Part shown: in pieces, positions 16,522-26,416 of the stretch
Numbering within the stretch: position 1 is the stretch's first letter
Layout: each line of letters starts with the position of its first letter
From: Candidatus Bathyarchaeota archaeon
GTDB lineage: Archaea > Thermoproteota > Bathyarchaeia > Bathyarchaeales > Bathyarchaeaceae
NCBI GenBank assembly: GCA_026967815.1
Contig: JAPUUO010000002.1
Span: forward strand, 1 to 53,782
Length of the DNA: 53,782 nucleotides
Reading direction: 5' to 3'
Notes under the pieces: model-generated
What the model was told of the DNA's origin: nothing
The model's input: only the letters and a program-made list of their open reading frames with translations
Databases searched by the model: none
Translations under genes and position numbers: made by a program

Positions 16522-17492
16522 CTCATTTCTCCCAGAATAACTGATGTTTCATCCAATGTTAGAACTGGCTTAAGAAATTTAGACGCGTCATCGAGGGATA
16601 TACGTGGACACGCGGTGTTTACGAAGGCATCGACTGTTGGAAACTGCATTAATGCTTCTGGAGTCATCTCTCTCAATGCAAACAACGTAGCCTTCTTTTC
16701 TTTCTTTTCCAGTTTTTCCTTGATTTGAAGGGCTCGGTCGAATTTTTCTTGTCTGCTTTTAAGCCCGATGAGCACTCCAAACTTTTCCGCCTTCTTTGCT
16801 TCATGGATAGTTGCCCAGCGTTGTTTCATTATCCTCTGAACCTCGCCATCGATAGCATAAGCTCTTTTCTCGTATGGATCAGCCACAATAACTGGCTTTG
16901 CAGTGGCCAATGCTAAGCCGATGGCGTGGAATTTGCCGCCACCAATGAACAGAAAGGCTTCTACGTCTTTTGTAATTGCTTTGCCGTTGCTGTAGTTGCA
17001 ACCTATCACTTGGCCAGCGTATTTTAGTTTTCCAGTGTCTCCGATTGCGACGCTTTTTCCGGTTTTTATGAGGAGCTCTCGCGCTTCGCTTAACATGTCA
17101 ACGTGCTGCACGGTAGTTGCTAATCCTAGGCTTTTCCAATCTTTGAGGTAAGGCACCGCTTGGTTTACTGCTTCTTTTATGCCGATGTTAGCTTTTGCTT
17201 CTATGTAAATTGTTGGCACTCTTTGTTGTGTGGTTAATGGGCTGTGTCCGAAATGAATGAGCAAATCGGCTCCCAGACCTTCTGCTTCTTGAATAGCTAG
17301 GTCACAGGCTCCATAGCAGGGATCTGCTGAGATTATGGCTAGGACTCCAGCTTTTTCAACAATTGTTGCCAAACGAGGTCCTTCTGCTTTTAATCCTTCG
17401 GGAAGTTGAATAAGTACTCGTTTGGCGTTTCGCCTCTCAATCTCGTCTTTTAACATTTCTTCTTCAAGGTAGAAGCTTGCTCTTCTTGGCAT
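16476..17492 (-). CDS. dph2: diphthamide synthesis protein Dph2 (2-(3-amino-3-carboxypropyl)histidine synthase)
   Basis: 338 aa. Blocks VLIQLPEGLK, ISADPCYGACD and GGGKFHAIGLA. Confidence 0.85.
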   Translation of the reverse strand: MPRRASFYLEEEMLKDEIERRNAKRVLIQLPEGLKAEGPRLATIVEKAGVLAIISADPCYGACDLAIQEAEGLGADLLIHFGHSPLTTQQRVPTIYIEAKANIGIKEAVNQAVPYLKDWKSLGLATTVQHVDMLSEARELLIKTGKSVAIGDTGKLKYAGQVIGCNYSNGKAITKDVEAFLFIGGGKFHAIGLALATAKPVIVADPYEKRAYAIDGEVQRIMKQRWATIHEAKKAEKFGVLIGLKSRQEKFDRALQIKEKLEKKEKKATLFALREMTPEALMQFPTVDAFVNTACPRISLDDASKFLKPVLTLDETSVILGEMSWEKLCKEGWFGNAT

Positions 17493-17545
17493 TTATGATT
17501 CCACCGATGCACGGTAAATGAAAGCCACAAAAAGAGCCAGCAGTT

Positions 17546-19993
17546 TTATCCAAATGTCCATTCAAAGTCTTCTTCAGACTTTTGAGCAGAGTGTCCGGTG
17601 CTTTTCCTTCGCATGTCTGCCAGTCTTTCCAACAGAATCTTTTGTTCGAGGCTTGCTACAAGCTGTCGAGTTGAAATAACCGCGTCTGCGTTTACTGATA
17701 TGCTGTCGATGCCGCAGTGAACAAGGAAGTCTGTGAAGTCTGGCAGGTTAGATGGGCCTTCTCCGCAGATAGAAACCGTTACGCCGCGTTGGTGTGCGAC
17801 TTTGATAAGATGTGCGATTATGCGTTTGACCGCTGGGTCACGTTCGTCAAAGTAGCCCATAAGTCCAAGGCGTTCAGAGTCACGGTCTATCATGAGCACG
17901 CCTTGAGTTAGGTCATTTGAGCCTATGGAGAAGCCGTCGCAGAGTTTAGAGAATTCATCGGCTAGAACTGCAATTGCGGGTGTTTCTGCCATAAACCACA
18001 CTTGGAAGTCTCGGTTTCTTTCTAAGTCTTCGTTCTTCATGATTTCTAGGCATCTTTTGGCTTCCCAAACTGTTCGAATAACCGGAAGCATTACCCACAC
18101 GTTTTTGAGACCCCATTCTTCTCGACATTTGCGTATGGCTTTGCATTCCAGCCTAAACGCTTTCTCATACCATTTGCTTATGTAACGACTTGCCCCTCTC
18201 CAACCTAGCATTGGATTGGCTTCAACTATCTCGTATTTTTCTCCGCCTTTCAGTTCCCTATACTCGTTGGTTTTGAAGTCGCTGAACCTGACAACTACGG
18301 GCTTGGGCTGTATAGCCCTCGCAACTGTAGCTATGCCTTCAGCCAGCTGATTTACAAACTTGTCGGCTTGCCCCGTTTCTAATAGGAAAAGTGGATGCTC
18401 GCCTATGTAGCTTGCCAGGATAAATTCGATGCGCATTAGGCCTATCCCATCGAACGGCAGGTGTTTGTAATCTTCGATTTTATCTGGAACTCCAAGGTTA
18501 AGATAGATTTTTGTGGCAGTCACTGGAGCTGAGCTAAGCGCGGCCACTTCGGGAGTTACTGTTGATGAAGTAACTGGTTTTTCCAACATGGGCATGATTC
18601 CCTCATAAATTACACCGCTTCTTGCATCTACAGTGTATTCGTTTCCATTCTTCATAACTTTGGTGGCATTTTCTGCACCTACAACACATGGAATGCCGAG
18701 TTCTCGGCTGACTATGGCTGCGTGGCACGTGACACCACCTTTGTCGGTTACTATGGCTCCCGCCATCCTCATGTAGGGCACGTAGTCCGGGTTGGTCATG
18801 TCAGTCACCAGTATGTCGCCTTTTTCCATGAGCTTTGAAGCATCTTCAGGTGTGAAGACAATTTTGGCTACGCCGGCGCCCATGCCTCGTGTCCCAGCTG
18901 CCATTCCTTTTGCAACAACTTTCATTTCGATTGGGCGTTCTGGCAATGGTGGTGTCTTAGGTGCTTCTGCTGGAAGTTTCTCTTTTAAGCTCCAAACGGT
19001 TTCGGGTCTTGATTGCACAATGTAGATGTTCTCCGGAAAAGGTAGGTTTCGGTCGATTGCCCACTCAATGTCTTGAGGCTTTCCATAATGCGCTTCGATT
19101 TGCTTGGCAATCTCGGCTAGTTTCACAACTTCTTTGTCGGCTAAGCAAGGAATTTTTTGCCTTTTGGTGTCGATTTGAGCATGAATTGTCTTGCCTGTCT
19201 TTGGATCTTGAATGTATTCAACCGTTTTCTTAGCGATTCTTTTTTCAATGATTTGAAGCGTGTTTTTGCTAACAACGTAGTCGTCCGGAGTAACTGCACC
19301 AGAGACCACGGATTCGCCTAGCCCCCAGTTGGCTTCGATTACAATTTGGTTGGATTCCCCGCTGACCGGGTTAATCGTGAATGTTACGCCTGCGACTTTG
19401 GCATTTACCATCTTCTGGACGCCAACGCTTATGAGAACCTCCTCGTGTCTGAAGCCCTTCTCGGTTCGGTAAAAAATGGCGCGAGGTGTGAATAAGCTGG
19501 ACCAGCATTTTACAGTTTTTCGGACAAGTTCGTCGGCCCCTTTCACGTTGAGGTAAGTTTCTTGTTGCCCAGCAAATGACGCATCTGGGAGATCTTCAGC
19601 AGTAGCGCTGGAACGAACAGCCACAAAGATCTCGCTAGCCTTGGTTCGTTTGCTAAGTTCGTTGTAGTTGTCTTGTATGGCTTTTCTAATTCCACTTGGC
19701 ATTGCGGTAGATTCGATTAATTGTCGAACTTTTTTCGAAGCTTCTTCGTATTGTTTAGGGTCGTTGATATCAGTAACAGTCTCTTCAACAATCTTGTAGA
19801 TTTTTTCAGCTATGCCTGTTTCAGTTATGAACTCTCTGTACGCTTCTGCGGTGATGGCGAACCCTGGTGGAACAGGTATCCCGGCGTGTGTCATTTCGCC
19901 TAGGTTGGCGTTTTTCCCGCCAACAAGTGGAATGTCTTCTTTGCCAAGTTCCTCAAACCATAGAATCGGCTTCTGGCGACGGGAAGATGACAA
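17546..19993 (-). CDS. ppsA: phosphoenolpyruvate synthase
   Basis: 815 aa. Blocks GGKNANLGEM, phosphohistidine region GGVTCHAAIVSRELGIPCVVG, and C-terminal PEP-utilizer TIM barrel (GSNDLTQ). Confidence 0.9.
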   Translation of the reverse strand: MSSSRRQKPILWFEELGKEDIPLVGGKNANLGEMTHAGIPVPPGFAITAEAYREFITETGIAEKIYKIVEETVTDINDPKQYEEASKKVRQLIESTAMPSGIRKAIQDNYNELSKRTKASEIFVAVRSSATAEDLPDASFAGQQETYLNVKGADELVRKTVKCWSSLFTPRAIFYRTEKGFRHEEVLISVGVQKMVNAKVAGVTFTINPVSGESNQIVIEANWGLGESVVSGAVTPDDYVVSKNTLQIIEKRIAKKTVEYIQDPKTGKTIHAQIDTKRQKIPCLADKEVVKLAEIAKQIEAHYGKPQDIEWAIDRNLPFPENIYIVQSRPETVWSLKEKLPAEAPKTPPLPERPIEMKVVAKGMAAGTRGMGAGVAKIVFTPEDASKLMEKGDILVTDMTNPDYVPYMRMAGAIVTDKGGVTCHAAIVSRELGIPCVVGAENATKVMKNGNEYTVDARSGVIYEGIMPMLEKPVTSSTVTPEVAALSSAPVTATKIYLNLGVPDKIEDYKHLPFDGIGLMRIEFILASYIGEHPLFLLETGQADKFVNQLAEGIATVARAIQPKPVVVRFSDFKTNEYRELKGGEKYEIVEANPMLGWRGASRYISKWYEKAFRLECKAIRKCREEWGLKNVWVMLPVIRTVWEAKRCLEIMKNEDLERNRDFQVWFMAETPAIAVLADEFSKLCDGFSIGSNDLTQGVLMIDRDSERLGLMGYFDERDPAVKRIIAHLIKVAHQRGVTVSICGEGPSNLPDFTDFLVHCGIDSISVNADAVISTRQLVASLEQKILLERLADMRRKSTGHSAQKSEEDFEWTFG

Positions 19994-20021
19994 ATTATTT
20001 TCCCTCTATTAATAATTTTGA

Positions 20022-20519
20022 CTAATCTGGAGTTTTTTGGAGAACAATTCTACATGTGACAGGTAGTTTAGCTCCCCCTCTTTTTAGCGCTTGCTTAGCC
20101 GTTTCTATGTCGTTCTTGTTCACACCAACCTGTATGATTGTCTGGTTGGGCTTTATTCGGGCTGCCGTCCCAATTGGTTTTCCAAAGGCTCTTTTCATTC
20201 CATCTTGCAAACGGTCTGCGTGAGCGCCAAAAATCATTTTGTTCTCCCGAAGAATGGCGTGAGGGTAAGGTAAAATTCGCAAAACGTAGTTTTCTCCAAG
20301 CTTATCTGAGAGAAGCCGGTTTACGGCTATTCTGGCCGCTTCAAAGGCGTTGTGGCGGATCTGAGCTTCTTTTTTGGCGATTAGTAGGGCTTGATATTCG
20401 AATATGGTTTTGGTGTCGCCCATAGTGAACTTCACAATTTTTGAAGGGGGAAAGCCTCCGATGTACTCCTTTCTAGTGTAAGGCATCCCTTTTACAGCCC
20501 GATAGTTTTTCGCTTTCAT
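20022..20519 (-). CDS. rpl10e: 50S ribosomal protein L10e (uL16)
   Basis: 165 aa. Blocks YTRKEYIGG, RILPYPHAILRENKM and GAHADRLQDGM. Confidence 0.9.
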   Translation of the reverse strand: MKAKNYRAVKGMPYTRKEYIGGFPPSKIVKFTMGDTKTIFEYQALLIAKKEAQIRHNAFEAARIAVNRLLSDKLGENYVLRILPYPHAILRENKMIFGAHADRLQDGMKRAFGKPIGTAARIKPNQTIIQVGVNKNDIETAKQALKRGGAKLPVTCRIVLQKTPD

Positions 20520-20615
20520 TTTTCTCCCTTCACCAGCATACGAAAACGGCTATTTAAAGCCTCTTGTGATACGACTTTATATATCTAAATTATGAATTTC
20601 AAATTTTGAGCGCAG

Positions 20616-21149
20616 TTAAAGTGCAAGTTGTGCCTTCAACTGTTCCTCTTTAAGCCATATCTTCGCCAATTCATCGAAGTTTGGAAAAACTTTCTTTAAG
20701 ATTGGAATGTACATTTTCTTCTCGTCTATCGTCATGTCTTGAAACTGATACCCACCCATATAAGGCGAGGGCGAACCTACCCTAGTTATAAACTCAATAT
20801 GCATGAAAGGGTCACCTCGTTTAATGGTAATGGGTTTTCGATCGTTGCTGAGGTTGACAAGTTCTAGAGCTAGTCTTCCAATGAAGCCACTGTGAACCTT
20901 CGCTGCGTTGAGAAAAGAAAGACCCATTCTTCCATATTTGCTTTTGGCAGTAAGATGTGCCACGTAGTTTATTGGAGTAAAAACTATTTCATACGAGTTG
21001 ATGTTTTGATGCTCCATATATTGTAGCGTGGTTTCCTTTTTTACAGTTAAGACGTATCCGTCGCCGTCTAGAAGGTGATAGTCGTAGGGGTAAATCACCT
21101 TGTAGTTTTCAATCAGCTCAATGAGCTTGTCTTTTCCAAGAATGCACAT
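20616..21149 (-). CDS. dCTP deaminase/dUTPase-superfamily protein
   Basis: MCILGKDKLIELI..., then SGFIGRLALELVNLSN, which resembles the Dcd motif (GxxGxxxLEl.N). Start taken at the internal ATG. Confidence 0.65.
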   Translation of the reverse strand: MCILGKDKLIELIENYKVIYPYDYHLLDGDGYVLTVKKETTLQYMEHQNINSYEIVFTPINYVAHLTAKSKYGRMGLSFLNAAKVHSGFIGRLALELVNLSNDRKPITIKRGDPFMHIEFITRVGSPSPYMGGYQFQDMTIDEKKMYIPILKKVFPNFDELAKIWLKEEQLKAQLAL

Positions 21150-21268
21150 GCGGTTTTCACCTGACTTTAGCAATACAGAGCACTTGTGCTATATACTTCT
21201 TTTGCAATTCGTCAAGGTCGAAACAGTATGGAAAGTTTAATACATATAAGCTGGTTCAAATCTTCAAC

Positions 21269-22132
21269 ATGGTTACCATCAGGTTGTTAGAATCTAAAGA
21301 CATTAATTTTGCAGCCCAGCTGATAGGGCAAGAAAAATGGGGGCACATGGCCAAGGATGTTAGGCGATGTTGGAATTTTGAGCCTGAAGGTTGTTTCATA
21401 GCAGAACAAGGTGGAGAAAGAGTTGGTCATGTTTTCTCAGTAAACTACGGTATAGTGGGCTGGATTGGCCTACTGATTATACGGCAAAACTACAGAGGGC
21501 AAGGAATTGGTACAGCCTTGATGAGAACAGTGATGGATTATCTTAGAAATCTTGGTGTGGAAACAATCAGACTTGAAGCAGTACCAGAAGCAGTCACACT
21601 CTACCAACGTTTGGGTTTCAGAAGTGAATTTGATTCACTGCGGTTTTGCAGGGAGTGGAAACACGGAAGAACATGTTTAGAAGGCAAGGTTGAAGAGATT
21701 CACCAGATTAAAGACGATGAACTTGAGAATTTGGGAAAGTTCGACGCTAAATGCTTTGGAGCCAATCGTTTAAAGGTTTTGCAGAGTCTTTACAGAGACT
21801 TTCCTCAGCATTGCTTAGTTGCGAGAAGTGATGATATAATGGGGTACATTATGTGCAGAGAAACAAGCTCTGGCTTTTGGCTGGGTCCGTGGGTATGTGA
21901 AGAAGAGCATCCAGAAGTGGCGCGAGAACTAATCGTTTCTTTTCTTACCGCGTTAAAAGCGAATTCTGGGCTTTGGGTTGGAATTCCAGCCCCTAACACG
22001 ATTGGGATTCAATTGCTTGAGGAATTAGACTTCAGTTTAATGTCGAGGAGTATTCGCATGTTTTGGGGCAAACCCGGATATTCAGGAAACGTTAAGGAAA
22101 ACTTTGGAATAGGAGGCCCAGAAAAAGGTTAG
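21269..22132 (+). CDS. GNAT family N-acetyltransferase (two-domain)
   Basis: 287 aa. Acetyl-CoA motif IRQNYRGQGIGTALM and LYQRLGF. Confidence 0.75.
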   Translation: MVTIRLLESKDINFAAQLIGQEKWGHMAKDVRRCWNFEPEGCFIAEQGGERVGHVFSVNYGIVGWIGLLIIRQNYRGQGIGTALMRTVMDYLRNLGVETIRLEAVPEAVTLYQRLGFRSEFDSLRFCREWKHGRTCLEGKVEEIHQIKDDELENLGKFDAKCFGANRLKVLQSLYRDFPQHCLVARSDDIMGYIMCRETSSGFWLGPWVCEEEHPEVARELIVSFLTALKANSGLWVGIPAPNTIGIQLLEELDFSLMSRSIRMFWGKPGYSGNVKENFGIGGPEKG

Positions 22133-22313
22133 AAATAGTAGCGCGGCTCATAGAAGAGAAAAAGCGACTTCAAAGAAACCTGAAACCTATTACACAAGTT
22201 GTGGGTGCAACCTTTTTCTTGGTAAATGTTTATGCTGTATGCAGGAAATAGTAAATTTATAAGAGAGAAAATATTATTGTGAAGAAACAGCACGGAAATG
22301 AGGAGGAAGCAAT

Positions 22314-22517
22314 TTGGTTGAAGTAAAGGTTGACCATTCAAAGTGTAATGGAGACTCCATATGCGTAGACGTTTGTCCAGTTGCCGTCTTTGAACTACAA
22401 GAAGTTGCAGAGTATCCTGGCGAAAAGAAGTCGGTTGTAGTTGACAACGATGCGTGTATTGAGTGCAGAGCATGCGAGGTTCAATGTCCCACTCAGGCTA
22501 TAACCGTTACAGAATAG
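22314..22517 (+). CDS. 4Fe-4S ferredoxin
   Basis: 67 aa, TTG start 7 nt after AGGAGG. Cluster motifs CNGDSICVDVCP and CIECRACEVQCP. Confidence 0.8.
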   Translation: MVEVKVDHSKCNGDSICVDVCPVAVFELQEVAEYPGEKKSVVVDNDACIECRACEVQCPTQAITVTE

Positions 22518-22540
22518 GTTGTAGCTGAAGAGGAGGAAAA

Positions 22541-22783
22541 TTGCCCTCAGACGCTAAACCCAACCGTACTCTTGACTGCTTAGGGCTCTACTGTCCAGAA
22601 CCGGTCTTCAGAACCCGACTGGAACTAGACAAGATGTCTGTAGGCGAAATCTTAGAAGTGCTTGCCGATGACACAGCAGCCGACGAAGACATAAAAAGCC
22701 TGGTTAAACGGACAGGACATGAGCTCTTGGAATTGAGTAGAAAGGGCGATGTTCTCCGATTCCTAATCAAGAAGGCTAAGTGA
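22541..22783 (+). CDS. tusA: TusA/SirA-family sulfurtransferase
   Basis: 80 aa. LDCLGLYCPEPV (CPxP active-site motif) and ILEVLADD. Confidence 0.8.
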   Translation: MPSDAKPNRTLDCLGLYCPEPVFRTRLELDKMSVGEILEVLADDTAADEDIKSLVKRTGHELLELSRKGDVLRFLIKKAK

Positions 22784-22797
22784 AAAGGTGACATGGT

Positions 22798-23166
22798 TTG
22801 AGTGATAAGAAGAAGATATTATATGTTCAAACAAGCGGCGTTGATACTCCAGAGCGCACTTATGCTCCTTTTATCTTAGCAACTACAGCCGTAGCTATGG
22901 GAATAGATGCGACGATATACTTTCTGATAAAAGGAATAACCGTAGTCAAACAGGGAGAGGCAGAAAAAATCAGGTTAGGAGATTTTCCCTCGTTGAAAGA
23001 GGTGATGAACCAAGCAGTGAAGGCTGGAGTAAAGCTTGAAGTTTGTGAACAGAGTTGTATGCTCCTCGGATTGGAAAGAGGAGAGTTCGTAAACACCGCT
23101 AAAGTAGTGGGGGCAGCTACGCTTAACGATCGAGTTTTGGATGCAGACGCCGTATTATGCTTTTGA
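22798..23166 (+). CDS. DsrE/DsrF-like sulfur relay family protein
   Basis: 122 aa. KILYVQTSG...APFILATTA...IYFLIKGI...KLEVCEQS has the layout of DsrE-fold proteins. Confidence 0.65.
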   Translation: MSDKKKILYVQTSGVDTPERTYAPFILATTAVAMGIDATIYFLIKGITVVKQGEAEKIRLGDFPSLKEVMNQAVKAGVKLEVCEQSCMLLGLERGEFVNTAKVVGAATLNDRVLDADAVLCF

Positions 23167-23183
23167 AGATGCAAAGGCGGTTT

Positions 23184-24362
23184 ATGATGCGAAGAGTTTA
23201 CATGGACCATACGGCTGGGACGCCGATTGATGAGCGTGTCCTTGAAGTTATGATGCCTTATTTTACTCTAAACTATGGAAATCCCTCTTCTATCCATTCT
23301 TTTGGCAACGAACCACGACAGGCAATCGACGAAGCACGAAGCAAGGTTACGGATCTCATTGGAGCAGAGAAAAAAGAAGAGATTATTTTCACTTCTGGCG
23401 GCACAGAAAGCAATAATTTAGCCATTAAAGGTGTAGCTTACCGAAACAAGGACAAAGGAAAACACATCATCACCAGTTCAATTGAACACATGTCGGTAAT
23501 CAACACATGCAAACATCTCAGCAAGCAGGGGTTCAAAGTTACGTATCTTCCAGTTGACAAGGATGGAATCGTGGACACAGAAGCCTTGAAAAAGGAAATC
23601 ACCGATAAGACAATTCTCGTTTCCATAATGTATGCTAACAGTGAGATCGGCACAATCGAACCTATAAAAGAGATAGGGGAAATCGCCCACGACAAAGAAG
23701 CATTTTTACATGTAGACGCAGTAGCAGCTGCCGGGCAAGTACCGATAAACGTTCAAGATGAAAACATCGACTTGCTATCTCTTTCCTCAAACGACATGTA
23801 TGGCCCAAAAGGGACAGGCGCCCTTTACAGAAAAAGTGGAACAAACATTCTGCCCATGATACATGGCGGCGGACAAGAACGAGGCTTGCGTTCTGGAACT
23901 GAGAATCTGCCTGGAATTGTTGGCATGGGAAAGGCAACGGAAATCGCGAAGACCGAGATGAAAGGGGAAGCCGAAAGGTTGTCAAAACTGAGAGACGCAT
24001 TCATTAAAGGTGTTTTGGATAGAATTCCTGAATCGTATTTGAATGGGCATCCAACTATGCGGCTACCCAACAACGTGAATGTTAGGTTCAGCTATATTGA
24101 AGGGGAATCGCTGATTTTAGGGTTAGACATGGAAGGCGTAGCCTGCTCCTCTGGCTCAGCTTGCACTTCTAAAACATTAGAGCCTTCTCATGCTCTCCTA
24201 GCCATAGGCTTAGCACATGAAGAGGCGCACGGGTCTTTACTCTTCACTTTGGGAAGACAGAATACAAAGGAAGACGTAAAATATGTGCTGGGCTTATTAC
24301 CTAGTGTAGTTAGAAGATTGAGAGCCATTTCACCTTTAACCCCAAAGGATTTGGTGACCTAA
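23184..24362 (+). CDS. iscS: cysteine desulfurase (NifS/IscS type, class I)
   Basis: Blocks YMDHTAGTP, FTSGGTESNN, the PLP lysine region SLSSNDMYGPKG and the active-site SSGSACTS. The ORF is open from 23157, with several candidate ATGs. Confidence 0.9.
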   Translation: MMRRVYMDHTAGTPIDERVLEVMMPYFTLNYGNPSSIHSFGNEPRQAIDEARSKVTDLIGAEKKEEIIFTSGGTESNNLAIKGVAYRNKDKGKHIITSSIEHMSVINTCKHLSKQGFKVTYLPVDKDGIVDTEALKKEITDKTILVSIMYANSEIGTIEPIKEIGEIAHDKEAFLHVDAVAAAGQVPINVQDENIDLLSLSSNDMYGPKGTGALYRKSGTNILPMIHGGGQERGLRSGTENLPGIVGMGKATEIAKTEMKGEAERLSKLRDAFIKGVLDRIPESYLNGHPTMRLPNNVNVRFSYIEGESLILGLDMEGVACSSGSACTSKTLEPSHALLAIGLAHEEAHGSLLFTLGRQNTKEDVKYVLGLLPSVVRRLRAISPLTPKDLVT

Positions 24363-24363
24363 A

Positions 24364-24741
24364 ATGTACACCGAGAAAGTTATGGAACATTTTAGAAATC
24401 CACGCAACATGGGCGACATGCCAGATGCAGATGGCGTCGGAACAGTGGGCAATCCAGTTTGCGGCGATTTGATGACCATTTTCATCAAAGTGAAAGACAA
24501 CAAAATAGCTGATGTAAAATTCAAGACGTTCGGTTGCGGAGCTGCAATAGCAACAAGCAGCATGATTACGGAGCTGGCAAAAGGCAAAACTCTTGAAGAA
24601 GCGACGAAAATATCGAGAGGTGACGTAGCCGAAAGCCTAGGTGGATTGCCACCAGTAAAAATGCACTGTTCTAACCTTGCGGCAGACGGACTTCGCGCGG
24701 CTATAGAAGACTACCTCAAAAAGAAGGAGGCGAAAAAATGA
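24364..24741 (+). CDS. iscU: Fe-S cluster assembly scaffold IscU/NifU-like
   Basis: 125 aa. Blocks GNPVCGD, FKTFGCGAAIA and KMHCSNLA. Confidence 0.9.
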   Translation: MYTEKVMEHFRNPRNMGDMPDADGVGTVGNPVCGDLMTIFIKVKDNKIADVKFKTFGCGAAIATSSMITELAKGKTLEEATKISRGDVAESLGGLPPVKMHCSNLAADGLRAAIEDYLKKKEAKK

Positions 24742-24896
24742 AAACATTCAAGAAATGTGAGCTGTGCAACCTTGAGCTTGCTGGCGAAAAGTGTGCTTTC
24801 GCAGTCCATAAGAGGGTCATTGGCGGAAAAGAACACTATTTCTGCTGTGAACACCACGCCGATGAATTCGAAAAGAGACACCGAGAACGAGAGTAG
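24738..24896 (+). CDS. small TRASH/YHS-like metal-binding domain protein, translationally coupled to iscU
   Basis: 52-aa ORF absent from the ORF track: MKTFKKCELCNLELAGEKCAFAVHKRVIGGKEHYFCCEHHADEFEKRHRERE. ATGA overlap with the iscU stop. The CxxC...hYFCxxxxxxxF pattern resembles TRASH/YHS domains. Confidence 0.5.
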   Translation: MKTFKKCELCNLELAGEKCAFAVHKRVIGGKEHYFCCEHHADEFEKRHRERE

Positions 24897-24903
24897 AAGG
24901 ATT

Positions 24904-25521
24904 CTATTTTTTTCTTTGCGCCTCAATTAGAACTATTGTTTCAAACATAACCTTTTTCTCAGCGAGAATTCTAGCTTCTAGCCCCTTTTCATCAAGTCGA
25001 TGCAATGTCTCTTCAACATTGGATAAAGAGGATTGCACCAAGAGAATCCGACCGTGATTGTATAAATATAGTGGCACTCCGGCGATGAAGCGATCTACAA
25101 GTCGTCTTCCCATTGGTCCTCCAGCCCACGCCCGTCCTATCCATGTTTCCTCTTCATCTGGGTTAGATGGGAGATATGGAGCGTTGAAGAGAATAAGACT
25201 GAAATGCTCGCTTTGTTTTATTGGTTGGAAAAGGTCGCCTACTAGTAGTTCGATTTTGTCTGCAACTTTGTTGAGCCTTGCATTCATTTTGGCACAGTCA
25301 ACTGCATAAGGGTTCAGGTCGGTGGCTACTACCTGTTTTGCCTTTTTTGCTGCAAGAATTCCGAATATGCCACAGCCCGTGCCAATGTCTAGAACGACAT
25401 CGTTTCCACGTACAGAAAGGTTTTCTGCTAGGAGAAACGTGTCTTCTGCTGGTTCATATACATCTTTCGAAACGTAGAAAGCGTGGTCATTGAAGAATAG
25501 CTTTTTTCTTGAGGATTTCAT
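24904..25521 (-). CDS. HemK/Mtq2-like protein (glutamine-N5) methyltransferase
   Basis: 205 aa. Blocks VLDIGTGCGIFGILAA and LILFNAPYLP (NPPY-type motif). Confidence 0.7.
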   Translation of the reverse strand: MKSSRKKLFFNDHAFYVSKDVYEPAEDTFLLAENLSVRGNDVVLDIGTGCGIFGILAAKKAKQVVATDLNPYAVDCAKMNARLNKVADKIELLVGDLFQPIKQSEHFSLILFNAPYLPSNPDEEETWIGRAWAGGPMGRRLVDRFIAGVPLYLYNHGRILLVQSSLSNVEETLHRLDEKGLEARILAEKKVMFETIVLIEAQRKK

Positions 25522-26320
25522 TAGTTAAAGCTCCGAAGTCTTCAGGTGCTAACTTCCGCGCCCGCTTGTCGTGATACGGCAAGGAATCAATTATTTCTTT
25601 GATTTTCTCTTTTTCGATTCCCAGCTTCACCAGAAAAGGGGTAATGGCGTTGCGCACCTTTTTGTTTCGTTGAGTGAACAGTGTTCTAACAAGCTGGAAA
25701 AAGGCTTGTTCGTCTTTAACGGTAAAGGGCGGCAGCTTAGGTGTCAATCTAACAATGTAAGAATCTATATCAGGTGACGGATAGTACATGTCTTTAGAGA
25801 CATAATCTAGCAGTTCTACGTCTGCTCGATAATAGATCATCACGGTTAATCTCCCGTACTCTTTGCTTCCAACTGATGCCACTAATCTTTCGGCAAATTC
25901 TTTCTGGAAGGTAAGAACAGCGCAATCAAGGTTTTTCTCTAAAAGCCAGAAGAGAATGGGAGATGAAACGTAGAAGGGCGGGTTTGAAACGACCTTGTTA
26001 AAGTGTGGTATCGTCGCTTTGAGAACGTCACCTTTAACCAACTGCACATTTTCTAGGTCTTTGAGTTCTGTTCTCAGAATTGTCGTCAGTCGAGGGTCAA
26101 CTTCAACGGCGATAACCTGCTTGCACTTCTGAGAGAGAAGCCTTGTTAGAAAGCCTAATCCTGGACCTATTTCGAGGACGACATCGTTCATGTTTAGGGA
26201 TGCATGAGAAATCATGAGCCTCAGCAGACTCTCGTCGATCATGAAGTTTTGTCCTAAGCGCTTCTTGGGGAAACACCTGTAGGTACGCAGAAGACCTTTT
26301 GTCTTTTTCAACAGGCTCAT
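25487..26320 (-). CDS. rsmA: 16S rRNA (adenine-N6,N6)-dimethyltransferase KsgA/Dim1
   Basis: 277 aa. Blocks LGQNFMIDESLL, VLEIGPGLGFLT and VVSNPPFYVSSP. Confidence 0.9.
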   Translation of the reverse strand: MSLLKKTKGLLRTYRCFPKKRLGQNFMIDESLLRLMISHASLNMNDVVLEIGPGLGFLTRLLSQKCKQVIAVEVDPRLTTILRTELKDLENVQLVKGDVLKATIPHFNKVVSNPPFYVSSPILFWLLEKNLDCAVLTFQKEFAERLVASVGSKEYGRLTVMIYYRADVELLDYVSKDMYYPSPDIDSYIVRLTPKLPPFTVKDEQAFFQLVRTLFTQRNKKVRNAITPFLVKLGIEKEKIKEIIDSLPYHDKRARKLAPEDFGALTNEILKKKAILQ

Positions 26321-26416
26321 TGTTCCTCAGATTCCATTAAATGATGAGTCTATTCGACGCATATAGTACTTTGAAGATCTTCTTCGTGGAAAAAAGGCCA
26401 AGTGCAGAGAGATTTC

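Noticed and set aside
22129-22473. 114-aa minus-strand ORF
   Set aside because: It overlaps the well-supported ferredoxin gene in antisense and an intergenic promoter region. Its translation is low complexity.
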